From a virus: a stretch of 64,000 nt of DNA. Shown here piece after piece: positions 9,921 through 17,777 of this stretch. How positions within the stretch are numbered: the stretch's first letter is position 1; each line of letters opens with the position of its first letter. The position numbers and the translations under genes were made by a program. The DNA is taken from positions 1 through 64,000 of the IMG/VR virus record IMGVR_UViG_3300027743_000026, one strand, 5' to 3'. A model generated the notes under the pieces. It was not told the origin of the DNA, searched no databases, and was given only the letters and a program-made list of their open reading frames with translations.

Positions 9921-10303
9921 GGCTTGGGCTCCGGCCGCAGGATGGGATCGGTGACCGCGTTGATGTCGGGATTGTAGCAGGCCATGTTGTCGTTGATGCC
10001 GTCGATGCGCCAGATGGCCTCCATCAGCTGTTCGATTTCGGCCTGCGCTTCCTTATATTTCTCATGCCATCGCTGCGCGCTCGCCCAACACTCGCTTTCG
10101 CTTCTAGCCTCGGCCATCAGTCGGTCGAGTTCGTCGGCGGCCTCGCGCGCCTTCACGATCAGGTCCGACATGCCTAGTTCAGCATGCTGATCAGCGCTTG
10201 TACGCAGCCGCTTGGCGATGTTGTTGGTCATGGCTGGTTTCACAGAACGGCGTAGGGCTCTGCCCATAGCCTTGTCTTCTTTGTCAGTTAGCTCTCGGGT
10301 CAT
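9917..10303 (-). CDS. Coiled-coil hypothetical protein
   Basis: Coupled to neighbours; duplicated AIWRIDGINDNM segment. Confidence 0.6.
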   Translation of the reverse strand: MTRELTDKEDKAMGRALRRSVKPAMTNNIAKRLRTSADQHAELGMSDLIVKAREAADELDRLMAEARSESECWASAQRWHEKYKEAQAEIEQLMEAIWRIDGINDNMACYNPDINAVTDPILRPEPKP

Positions 10304-10533
10304 GGCTTAGACCCTACGACGCGGTCATAGTCGTGCTGACACTGCTCTGTCCACGGCTCTCCCGACTTAATCACAGACGCGAAAAACGCGATCGTTCGCT
10401 GCAGTTGCGAGATCTCGTGGCGCAGCTCCGCGATCGTTTTGATGTGGCGATCGGCTTCGGCCAACAGTTCCTGAAAACCCTTACAGGGCTCGGCGCCGTC
10501 CGGCATCATGCAATCGGGGAGATGTGGCGTCAT
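10300..10533 (-). CDS. Hypothetical protein
   Basis: MTPHLPDCMMPDG...FFASVIKSGE.W; ATGA coupling. Confidence 0.55.
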   Translation of the reverse strand: MTPHLPDCMMPDGAEPCKGFQELLAEADRHIKTIAELRHEISQLQRTIAFFASVIKSGEPWTEQCQHDYDRVVGSKP

Positions 10534-10642
10534 GACTTGTCGAACTCCAGCCAGGTGAATCGAAGTCGCTTCCAACCGGCCCAATAGGCTAGGCCAACAG
10601 AGGCGGCCCACAGATAGAACAAGATAGTCCCGGTCTGAATCG

Positions 10643-10825
10643 TCATGGTTTGATCCCATCGTGCCTGTGGCCCCACCGATCCTCAACATTGCAGCACCAG
10701 CGGCACATGGCGCAGACCGGCCAATGATCGATCGCGATGCTGCGGTACACGGTCGTGTCGCACAGCCCGCACTGGAAATGATCTGGGCCGACCGTGACCT
10801 TGGGTACGAAATCAACGACGGTCAT
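10643..10825 (-). CDS. Small zinc-finger-like protein
   Basis: CxxC...CxxC. Confidence 0.5.
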   Translation of the reverse strand: MTVVDFVPKVTVGPDHFQCGLCDTTVYRSIAIDHWPVCAMCRWCCNVEDRWGHRHDGIKP

Positions 10826-11091
10826 GCGTGCCCCGTTAGGTCCGGCTGACCCTCGAATCGCTTGAGCTGCGCCTTGAGCATGGTCACGACGTCACCGCGG
10901 TCGGCGTTGGAAATGTAGTTGCAGCGGCCTCCGTGATCCTCGAACGGAAACACCATCAGCACGAAGCCGGTATGCTTCGGCCGATCTGGGCCGTTGAAGA
11001 ATCCGTCGAGCTTCTTCGCCAGCTCGTTCATCATGTCACGGTGCTTCAGCTCGATCGGTGCGTCGCCTAACGTGTGTTTCTGGGTGGTCAT
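10822..11091 (-). CDS. Conserved phage hypothetical protein
   Basis: GFVLMVFPF...NYISNA.R.D motif. Confidence 0.65.
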   Translation of the reverse strand: MTTQKHTLGDAPIELKHRDMMNELAKKLDGFFNGPDRPKHTGFVLMVFPFEDHGGRCNYISNADRGDVVTMLKAQLKRFEGQPDLTGHA

Positions 11092-11239
11092 GGTTTATTC
11101 TCCAGCAGAGAACGAAGTCGTTCGATCTCGATGCGATCATATTTACGAAGCTCTCGACAAGTATCGATTTGCTCTTTCAGATTCACAATCTCGGCTCGTA
11201 AGTCCTCAACGTGTCCGAGTACAGCCCGCAGTTCATCGG

Positions 11240-11515
11240 TCATGGCTCCAGCTCGCGCTTGGTTTCTTCGCTTTCGACCACGACCTTGCTCTCGAGTTTG
11301 ATGAAACAATCCATGCAGAGACGCTTGGGCTTGCGCGGCGCGTGCCAGCGATACTGCACGTCGATGCCGCAGTGGCTGCAGACACCCTTGAGGTTGTCGG
11401 TGAACGGCGACGGCGAGCCCCACGGCACGCAAACGAGATAGGTGCACTCCTCTGCCTTCTCGTCGGAGACGACAGGGATGGACAGGCCGGCGACGTTAAT
11501 CTTTTTGTCAACCAT
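11240..11515 (-). CDS. Zinc-finger-like hypothetical protein
   Basis: CSHC...CMDC. Confidence 0.55.
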   Translation of the reverse strand: MVDKKINVAGLSIPVVSDEKAEECTYLVCVPWGSPSPFTDNLKGVCSHCGIDVQYRWHAPRKPKRLCMDCFIKLESKVVVESEETKRELEP

Positions 11516-11579
11516 CTGTTAACCTTTTCGTGGAACAGACCATGTTTGTTCCGTTTTTAATACATTACACGATGTGTTC

Positions 11580-11882
11580 TCACCCCGGCCGCAAGCCGGG
11601 GTTTTTTGTTTCTGCCAGCCATTCGACCGAACGGCGGACCACGCGGTCGACGGCCGCGAGCACGGCCGGGCCGTTCATCACCACCTCGATGGCGCAGTCG
11701 CCAGTCTCGCAGTCAGGATGCACCGCAGTCAGGCTGGCGTGCCCGGTGGTCAGCTCCTCGCATTCGTAGCAACCGCCGGCAGCAATGAACTGCTCAGCCA
11801 GCTGCTCGATCTCCGGCGGGCGCTCGACCTCGACAGGGCGGCGCTCACCGTCTGGGCGCAAATATTGGGTGAACGGAATCAT
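11580..11882 (-). CDS. Conserved phage hypothetical protein
   Basis: MIPFTQYLRPDG.RR; TGATG coupling. Confidence 0.6.
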   Translation of the reverse strand: MIPFTQYLRPDGERRPVEVERPPEIEQLAEQFIAAGGCYECEELTTGHASLTAVHPDCETGDCAIEVVMNGPAVLAAVDRVVRRSVEWLAETKNPGLRPG

Positions 11883-12196
11883 CAGTCCATCCTGCAGACT
11901 TCGAAGCTGCGATCGGGCTGGATGATCGCCACCCAATCGTGCTCGTAGAGAATGATCAGTTCGTTCCGCAGCTGGGTCTTCGCCAGCGGCTTCAGCGGCG
12001 GATCACCAGGGTAGCTCAGTGAGTTGTTGCCGTGCAGCGTGAACCCCGGCATCGGATCCCAGCCGCCGCCATGCTGATAGCCGCTATCGAACTGCTCGCG
12101 CGCCGGCCGCTGGTCGAACGCGCTGAGCATGTGGGGCAAATACGGCCCAAGACTTCTGAGATCGTACCGCCGATCCAATGAGACCCAGGTCGTCAT
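11882..12196 (-). CDS. Conserved phage hypothetical protein
   Basis: Y.HGGGW.P..GF...L.YPGDP...FEV.RMD motif. Confidence 0.65.
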   Translation of the reverse strand: MTTWVSLDRRYDLRSLGPYLPHMLSAFDQRPAREQFDSGYQHGGGWDPMPGFTLHGNNSLSYPGDPPLKPLAKTQLRNELIILYEHDWVAIIQPDRSFEVCRMD

Positions 12197-12381
12197 GAAC
12201 AGCTCGTCTTGATCACGGAGCCAGAACGATAGCTCCGGCAGTTGGTGTTGAGCGCCCGCGGATTGCTGGTGTCGCTGCAGACCGTGCGGGTCTCGTTACC
12301 GGACTTATACGTCCGACAATCCGTACCGGCGTAGGCGAGGCTCGGGGCGAGGACGATGAGGAGTACGAGGCAAGTTTTCAT
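12193..12381 (-). CDS. Small secreted Cys-repeat protein
   Basis: Signal peptide plus two CR.Y.SG....T.C repeats. Confidence 0.6.
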   Translation of the reverse strand: MKTCLVLLIVLAPSLAYAGTDCRTYKSGNETRTVCSDTSNPRALNTNCRSYRSGSVIKTSCS

Positions 12382-12516
12382 TGGGTGTTCCTTTCTTCTC
12401 GAGTTGTGACATCCGTAGCTGGAATGTCGGGCAGATCGGCAGGAAGCAAATCTGCATGATCTCCTTCTGCGTGATTCCGCAGACGGTACAGCGCTTGGGC
12501 CAGTTCATTGTTTCTC

Positions 12517-12954
12517 CTAGTTTCTACGTTGCATCCACGGCAGTACGGCCAAGTTGAACTTCACGTTGGCCTGCTTGAGCGTGAACATTGTCATCAGGGT
12601 CGGAATATTGAGCACGCGCTCCAGCAGCTTGATATAGACGCCGACAAAATCGGCGCCGTGACCGTCGCTGCGGCCGTTCTCATCCGAGGTGAGCGTGTGA
12701 GCCAGCTCGTGCAGAATCACCCAATCGGGCGTATAGGCCGGCAGTCTGATCTCGCCACGACAACCAGCGGCCAGGATGCGCGTCGTCTGCTTTGGCATCA
12801 TGCTAACCTGCGGCGGGTACAGCCACCCGTGCGCCAGCCATACACCGTCGACGAACGCCTGGGCCTGGTCGAAGGGAACGCTCCTCTTACTCAGAGGAGC
12901 GACCACGCTGTTTTCCCAGTCGTAGACCTTCTGCTTTTGGCTATCGCGGGTCAT
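12517..12954 (-). CDS. HExxH metallohydrolase-like protein
   Basis: ILHELAH...HG..F motif; coupled to the DUF2786 gene. Confidence 0.7.
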   Translation of the reverse strand: MTRDSQKQKVYDWENSVVAPLSKRSVPFDQAQAFVDGVWLAHGWLYPPQVSMMPKQTTRILAAGCRGEIRLPAYTPDWVILHELAHTLTSDENGRSDGHGADFVGVYIKLLERVLNIPTLMTMFTLKQANVKFNLAVLPWMQRRN

Positions 12955-13703
12955 TTCAGATGGCCCTTGATCGCATCACCTTGGCTGAGCGGCCGAGACA
13001 GATTGACCTTGTTGCCGGCCTGGGCGCCCGCGTTAAACGCACCGTAATTGCCGACGCGATAACCGGTACGTGCACTGCGCAGCTTGAAACCTTCCTTCTT
13101 GAACGCCTCCTCGGTCAGCTGACCCTTGAGCACCACCAACGCCGTGCTGGTACTGTGCTCTTTCAGCGCGTTGTCCTGCTCCTTCTTCATTTGCTGCAAG
13201 CGCACGGACAAACGCGCGGCCATGCCGCGTTGGAAACTGATGCAAGCGGACGCCCGCAAGCCGCGCTCGCCGATCACAACGTATTCCTCGGCTCCCTTGA
13301 ACGCTTGGACTTCCGATTCCATCGCGGACATGATCAGCTTGAACAGGTACTCCACCATCTGCAGATCCTGCTCCTGCCCGAAGAACGCATAAGTCGAATC
13401 GGCTCCGGTGCCCCAGCGTTTGTGAAACCAGGCCTTGGTGCCGGTCAACGCGGCAATGGCCGGCACGCAATGATCGACCGGATGCCGGCGCTGACGGCCA
13501 ATGTGCATGTGAATGGTTTTGTAGCTGGCGTCACGAACGTCCAGCTCATTCATTGACAAGTTGTATTGCGTCAGCAGCCGGCCGACGACGTTCATCGCTG
13601 CAAGCGCCTCCTCTTCGGTGGCGCCGCGATCGACGGTCTTGGCGGCAAGCGCTTTGATCTTGAGCTTGACGCGGTCGAGTTCGGAATATTGAGCGGTGTT
13701 CAT
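12951..13703 (-). CDS. DUF2786-domain protein
   Basis: KIKALAAK...ATEEEA..A......L..YNL N-terminal motif; SF..G and G..AG motifs. Confidence 0.75.
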   Translation of the reverse strand: MNTAQYSELDRVKLKIKALAAKTVDRGATEEEALAAMNVVGRLLTQYNLSMNELDVRDASYKTIHMHIGRQRRHPVDHCVPAIAALTGTKAWFHKRWGTGADSTYAFFGQEQDLQMVEYLFKLIMSAMESEVQAFKGAEEYVVIGERGLRASACISFQRGMAARLSVRLQQMKKEQDNALKEHSTSTALVVLKGQLTEEAFKKEGFKLRSARTGYRVGNYGAFNAGAQAGNKVNLSRPLSQGDAIKGHLK

Positions 13704-13710
13704 TTTCAGT

Positions 13711-13740
13711 CTCCTGGTTTTGAGGCTGCTTCAACAGCCC
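13711..13740 (-). promoter_or_regulatory. Leader hairpin (GGCUG-UUGAAG-CAGCC) plus ACCAGGAG RBS, copy 1 of 9
   Basis: Read directly; precedes ATG 13703. Confidence 0.85.
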
Positions 13741-13745
13741 GGGTT

Positions 13746-14003
13746 TTAGATGCCTTCTAAGCCATCATTGAGTTCGACGGCGCCGCCGCCCATGCCGGTG
13801 AGCGTCTCGCCCTTGTAGACAAGCTTGCCCTTGGGCGGGTTGAGCAGGCGCCTGCGCTGGGCGAGGAGCTTCTCCAGCTCGCGCGCGGCACGCAGCAGCT
13901 TGCGCTGCCAGCGGTCGATCGCCTCGGCGTTGATGGCGAGCTTGGTCTGGCGCGCCTCGACCTTCATCTCGGGGTGCTTGGGAACAATACGACGACGCTT
14001 CAT
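13746..14003 (-). CDS. Small basic coiled-coil early protein
   Basis: Start MKRRRIVP after the conserved leader. Confidence 0.65.
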   Translation of the reverse strand: MKRRRIVPKHPEMKVEARQTKLAINAEAIDRWQRKLLRAARELEKLLAQRRRLLNPPKGKLVYKGETLTGMGGGAVELNDGLEGI

Positions 14004-14010
14004 TTCTAGG

Positions 14011-14086
14011 CTCCTGGTTGAGGGCCGCTTCAACGGCCCGGCATTTTGTATTCCCATTTGATATACGAGTTCAAACAGAAAGTCAA
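14011..14086 (-). promoter_or_regulatory. Sigma70-type promoter (TTGACT...TTTGAAC...TATATC) plus leader hairpin GGGCCG-UUGAAG-CGGCCC and RBS, copy 2
   Basis: Read directly on the - strand. Confidence 0.8.
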
Positions 14087-14090
14087 CAGT

Positions 14091-14345
14091 TTATTTAATC
14101 TCCGCCTTGAGGATCGCTGCCCGGCGCGTGGCGTTGTCCTGGTTGATGCTGCGGTACTCAGCCGCGCTGATCTCGATCGCCGGGACGATCTCGGCGCCCT
14201 TTGCCGCCTTGTAGGCGAGGCCTACCGCACTCGCCCATTGCGCGGCTTTCCAGCCGGGAGAATGAGCATGGCTGTACTTGCGGCCGGCGGTCGATCGCGT
14301 GAACGTCTGGCCGTTTGAGAAGGTTGCCTTGTAGTAGGTAGTCAT
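14091..14345 (-). CDS. Small early protein
   Basis: TRST..R.YSHA motif; own promoter and leader. Confidence 0.65.
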   Translation of the reverse strand: MTTYYKATFSNGQTFTRSTAGRKYSHAHSPGWKAAQWASAVGLAYKAAKGAEIVPAIEISAAEYRSINQDNATRRAAILKAEIK

Positions 14346-14353
14346 TTTTCAGT

Positions 14354-14428
14354 CTCCTGGTTGAGGCCGCTTCAACGGCCTTGCATCTCGTATGCCCATC
14401 TGATATACGCACTCAAATCGGAAGTCAA
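14354..14428 (-). promoter_or_regulatory. Sigma70-type promoter (TTGACT...TTTGAGT...TATATC) plus leader hairpin AGGCCG-UUGAAG-CGGCCU and RBS, copy 3
   Basis: Read directly; divergent from the RHH gene. Confidence 0.8.
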
Positions 14429-14448
14429 GCAGACGAGGAGCCAGGACA

Positions 14449-14667
14449 ATGCCAAGCGGCGGAGCAAGAGAGAAGTCCGGACCGGAGAAACGGTTCGAGG
14501 AACGCATCATGATCAAGCTTTCGACCAAGCTGTTGGGGGCGCTCGACGAGATCACCCGCGATGGCGAGACCCGCAGCGAGGTGATCCGCCGGGCGCTCGA
14601 ACGCGAGGTGACACGGTGCCTCAAGATCCACAGTAAGACTGGCGGCAGGGCGTCGGCGCACCTATAA
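14449..14667 (+). CDS. Ribbon-helix-helix (CopG/Arc-like) transcriptional regulator
   Basis: RIMIKLS..LL..LDE...G.TRSEVIRRAL pattern. Confidence 0.75.
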   Translation: MPSGGAREKSGPEKRFEERIMIKLSTKLLGALDEITRDGETRSEVIRRALEREVTRCLKIHSKTGGRASAHL

Positions 14668-14674
14668 TCTTCAC

Positions 14675-14790
14675 CAGCGCTGAACGTGGCGGGTTTGCGC
14701 TCCTGGTTCCATCAAAAGAACAGCGAACCCTAACCCATCAGCGACAGGCCCTCGGCACGGCTTCAAACGTGCCGGGGGCCGCTTCATATT
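14675..14790 (+). ncRNA. Candidate trans-acting antisense sRNA (two stem-loops)
   Basis: TATAAT at 14663-14668; stem-loop 14678-14743 containing CUCCUGGUUCC; 13-bp hairpin 14747-14780 with loop GCUUCAAA; both complementary to the nine leaders. Confidence 0.7.
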
Positions 14791-14801
14791 TGGAGGCCGC
14801 T

Positions 14802-15173
14802 GTGCCGACACTGAAACCGCAAATGCCGGCCCCGCTGCAGCGTCCGCACGTCGACCCGGCGCCGCACCTGACCAGCGCCGGCTCCTGCTCTGACTGCGGA
14901 CGCAAAGCCGTCACCGCCGCCGACAATATGCTGGTGTGTCCGGAGTGCTTTGCGCTCTTGCGGCATGAGGATTACACCGCCGAGCTGCGGCGCAAGCAGG
15001 AACTCATCAACCAGAGAATGAAGGAGACCCGCGAGCGCAATCGCCAACTGGACCAGGAACGCAAGGAGCGGATCAGAGACGAGCGCCGGCAAATACAGCA
15101 GATGATCATCGCCGCTGAGGAAAAGCTAAAACCACCTCAGCAGGATAAGCAGCACGAAGATAACGGCCAGTGA
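14802..15173 (+). CDS. Zinc-ribbon plus coiled-coil protein
   Basis: GGAGG RBS, GTG start; CSDC...CPEC. Confidence 0.55.
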   Translation: MPTLKPQMPAPLQRPHVDPAPHLTSAGSCSDCGRKAVTAADNMLVCPECFALLRHEDYTAELRRKQELINQRMKETRERNRQLDQERKERIRDERRQIQQMIIAAEEKLKPPQQDKQHEDNGQ

Positions 15174-15337
15174 CAGCAGACTGTAAAGCAGCGCCTGCCG
15201 GTGCGAACTCATCAGAAGATCCACACAGTTGCGGGTCGCGGTCGCCGGGGATTACGAAAGACGCCGCGACCCGCACCGCTGATGCTAGAGGACAGCGGTC
15301 TCGTCTGCTTTATTCTCTCGCCGCTGCGGGAGCAAGC

Positions 15338-15538
15338 TCATATCATCCACGCGAAGATCATGATTATCATGATGTAGCTGAGCACGTAGGTGATCGCGTG
15401 CTGCCAGTCGTAGTAGATGAGCGCCCAGATCGCGATGAATACGCCGTAAGAAACCAGCGTCACATCGAGGCGATCAATCTTGAAGCGGCGGTGGCGATAG
15501 ACAACAACGTCGCCCCAATCCCAAAGGGTATTGAGCAT
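15338..15538 (-). CDS. Small membrane protein
   Basis: Two hydrophobic segments; start uncertain. Confidence 0.5.
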   Translation of the reverse strand: MLNTLWDWGDVVVYRHRRFKIDRLDVTLVSYGVFIAIWALIYYDWQHAITYVLSYIMIIMIFAWMI

Positions 15539-15665
15539 TCGCCACCATAGTTTCACAGCAAGCTCCTCAACTGGAAGCGGGTCCGGTCGGTCAGAGGTGC
15601 TAAACGTACCGGACCCGCCCCACACAGGCCGTCAAGCTTGGGTGAAATCGACAGCCTGTATTGCC

Positions 15666-16238
15666 TTACGTCGTGCTCTTCTTCTTACGCATCTTGCTGA
15701 GCGCGCCGAGACCGAGGAGGCCAGACGCGAACAGTGCCAATGCGCCGGGGATCGGCACCGGAGTCACAGCGAGATTGCCGCCGTAGCCCGACGTGCCACC
15801 ACCGATGCCGCTCAGCTGGAGATAGTAGCTGCCGGCTTCGAGGATGCCCGCACCAGCCAAGACCTGGCAGCTGGGCTGCAGGATGCAGGCTTGCGCGATC
15901 TCGGGACCAAACCGCAGGATGTCATCGGCCCCACCAAGCGCGCCTACCTGCTGGTACACTGCGCCTTGGAAGTTCGTGATGAAATCCGTGGGCGCGGGGT
16001 AGACATTCGTCGCGCTCGTTATCGTGACGAAAGACGGCGAGCCGACCAGCTGAAACAAAACCTGGTCGGTGAACGCGCCGCCGCCGGTGCCGTTGATGCC
16101 GAGAGTACCGCTGGAGAAATCACCCGTCCGTGAGGTCGGATTGATCCCAAGGTTGTCGACAACAGCAGCGGACGCTGGTGCCATTCCAAATGAGAATAGG
16201 ACAGTGGCCGCCAGTAGTGCTCTCTTCGTTTTGTGCAT
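15666..16238 (-). CDS. Secreted protein with VPLPA-CTERM (PEP-CTERM-type) sorting signal, FxDxF-like
   Basis: Signal peptide; FTDQVLF; C-terminal VPIPGALALFASGLLGLGALSKMRKKK (motif + TM + basic tail). Confidence 0.85.
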   Translation of the reverse strand: MHKTKRALLAATVLFSFGMAPASAAVVDNLGINPTSRTGDFSSGTLGINGTGGGAFTDQVLFQLVGSPSFVTITSATNVYPAPTDFITNFQGAVYQQVGALGGADDILRFGPEIAQACILQPSCQVLAGAGILEAGSYYLQLSGIGGGTSGYGGNLAVTPVPIPGALALFASGLLGLGALSKMRKKKSTT

Positions 16239-16331
16239 ATTTTAGTCTCCATCTGCTGCAACGATGCAGCCGGTTTACGGTAGCGAAGTGTGGACCGCCT
16301 GGGTAGTTGCCGCTCCCCAGGCGGGGTCGTT

Positions 16332-17003
16332 TTAGGCGGTCGCGAGTTCGGCCGCCTTGCGTTTCTTGTCAGCACGTTTCTTCAGCATACCGATACCGAC
16401 CAGGCCAGCCACGAACAAGCCCGCCGGCAGCGGGATCGGCACCAGCTGCGGAATCGCAGCCGCTTCGATTCTGAAGTGCTCGAAGCCAGTGATGTTGCCG
16501 CCTTGATCAAGCAAGACGATGCTGGTGATGACCTCGCCGTCTCGCGTTCCGAATGTGAAGCCGGATTGCGAGTTGTTGATCGCACCGAGCAGGAAGCTCT
16601 GCACAGTTTCCGGGTTGCCATTCGCATCGACGGCAGAGACCAACGCCGTCACGCTGCCGGTGCCACTCAGGGAGAACACTTCCGTGGTGGTGCCGATCAG
16701 GTTACCTTGGGCGTCGAACACCTGAATCCGCAGATTGTTGGTGTTCGCGATCTTGATATCGTTGCCGTTGGCGGCTGCGGTGAAACCAGTTCCCGCAGTA
16801 CATCCACCTAAGCAACTGAAATTAACGAACCCAGTGTGTTGCCCATTGAACGTACCAATGGCAAGGTTGGGCGACAGAGCGTTGAAGATCACGTTGTCGC
16901 CGGTGCCGCTCAGATTGCTCTGAACGAAAACCGCAGCCGATGCCGGCAGTGATGCGAGGGCCGTGCTCGCCAGGAGCGCGGCCGCAAATACAAGTTTGCG
17001 CAT
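16332..17003 (-). CDS. Secreted protein with VPLPA-CTERM-type sorting signal
   Basis: Signal peptide MRKLVFAAALLA...PASA; C-terminal VPIPLPAGLFVAGLVGIGMLKKRADKKRK. Confidence 0.85.
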   Translation of the reverse strand: MRKLVFAAALLASTALASLPASAAVFVQSNLSGTGDNVIFNALSPNLAIGTFNGQHTGFVNFSCLGGCTAGTGFTAAANGNDIKIANTNNLRIQVFDAQGNLIGTTTEVFSLSGTGSVTALVSAVDANGNPETVQSFLLGAINNSQSGFTFGTRDGEVITSIVLLDQGGNITGFEHFRIEAAAIPQLVPIPLPAGLFVAGLVGIGMLKKRADKKRKAAELATA

Positions 17004-17221
17004 TGAGGTTTCCTTGTCGTGTTGTGGGGTAGTTGCCGCTCCCCCATGATGCTGCAAGAGCGCAGCGCACTAGCCCTAACCAGGGTTACTGCGATGCGTT
17101 CCGGCCAAGGTGACCTTCATCTTCTTGGTACGTTTGGTGAGCATAGCCTTTTTCTGCGCGCGTGGGCTAACGCCGGCCCAGGTCCGGAACTCCGGCAACC
17201 GCGGCGGGCGCTTGCGCTTGT

Positions 17222-17500
17222 TCATGACTCGGATTCGCTTAAAGCTGCCAACTGTCGCAGTGTCCGCTCAATCTCATCGGCGCTGTCTTTCCCGCCTGTT
17301 ATGTGCGCAGTCCACGCTTTTTTGACATGCTGAATCTGGGCTTCGAGTGGAATACCAAGTTGTCTGCACAGTCGAAAGAAGTCTTCGAACATCTGCAGGA
17401 CATTCTCCATGTTTCTCAACTTGTCGGGATCGCCCATCAACTCAAGATGGCGCTCACCGTACTCTCGGAGCAGCTTGAGTTGTTCAGATGTTGGTTTCAT
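17222..17500 (-). CDS. Hypothetical protein
   Basis: Coupled ORF in the - strand operon. Confidence 0.5.
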   Translation of the reverse strand: MKPTSEQLKLLREYGERHLELMGDPDKLRNMENVLQMFEDFFRLCRQLGIPLEAQIQHVKKAWTAHITGGKDSADEIERTLRQLAALSESES

Positions 17501-17775
17501 TGGACGCCAGCCCGTCGCACGCGGCGGCTGATAGCTCTACGTTTCTGCAAAGCTTCGGCACAAGCTTCAGCAAAATCTTCCGCCGACATGTCAGAGTGCA
17601 GATCGACGATCTCGGCAACAAAAGCCAAGGTGATGCTGTAAATCGTTCCTACCATCTCTTGATCGGGTATGTCGGCCGCTTCGCACATCTCGTGCAGATG
17701 CGCCGCACCGCGGCGCATCTTCTCTCGGTAATCCTTGGCCAGATCGAGCAATATTCGCTTCTGCGTTAGATCCAT
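17497..17775 (-). CDS. Hypothetical protein
   Basis: Coupled ORF. Confidence 0.55.
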   Translation of the reverse strand: MDLTQKRILLDLAKDYREKMRRGAAHLHEMCEAADIPDQEMVGTIYSITLAFVAEIVDLHSDMSAEDFAEACAEALQKRRAISRRVRRAGVQ

Positions 17776-17777
17776 TT

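Noticed and set aside
14700-14780. A tenth - strand leader copy
   Set aside because: Hairpin and RBS-like word are about 40 nt apart, no start codon follows, and the G-U pair favours the + strand; treated as antisense RNA instead.
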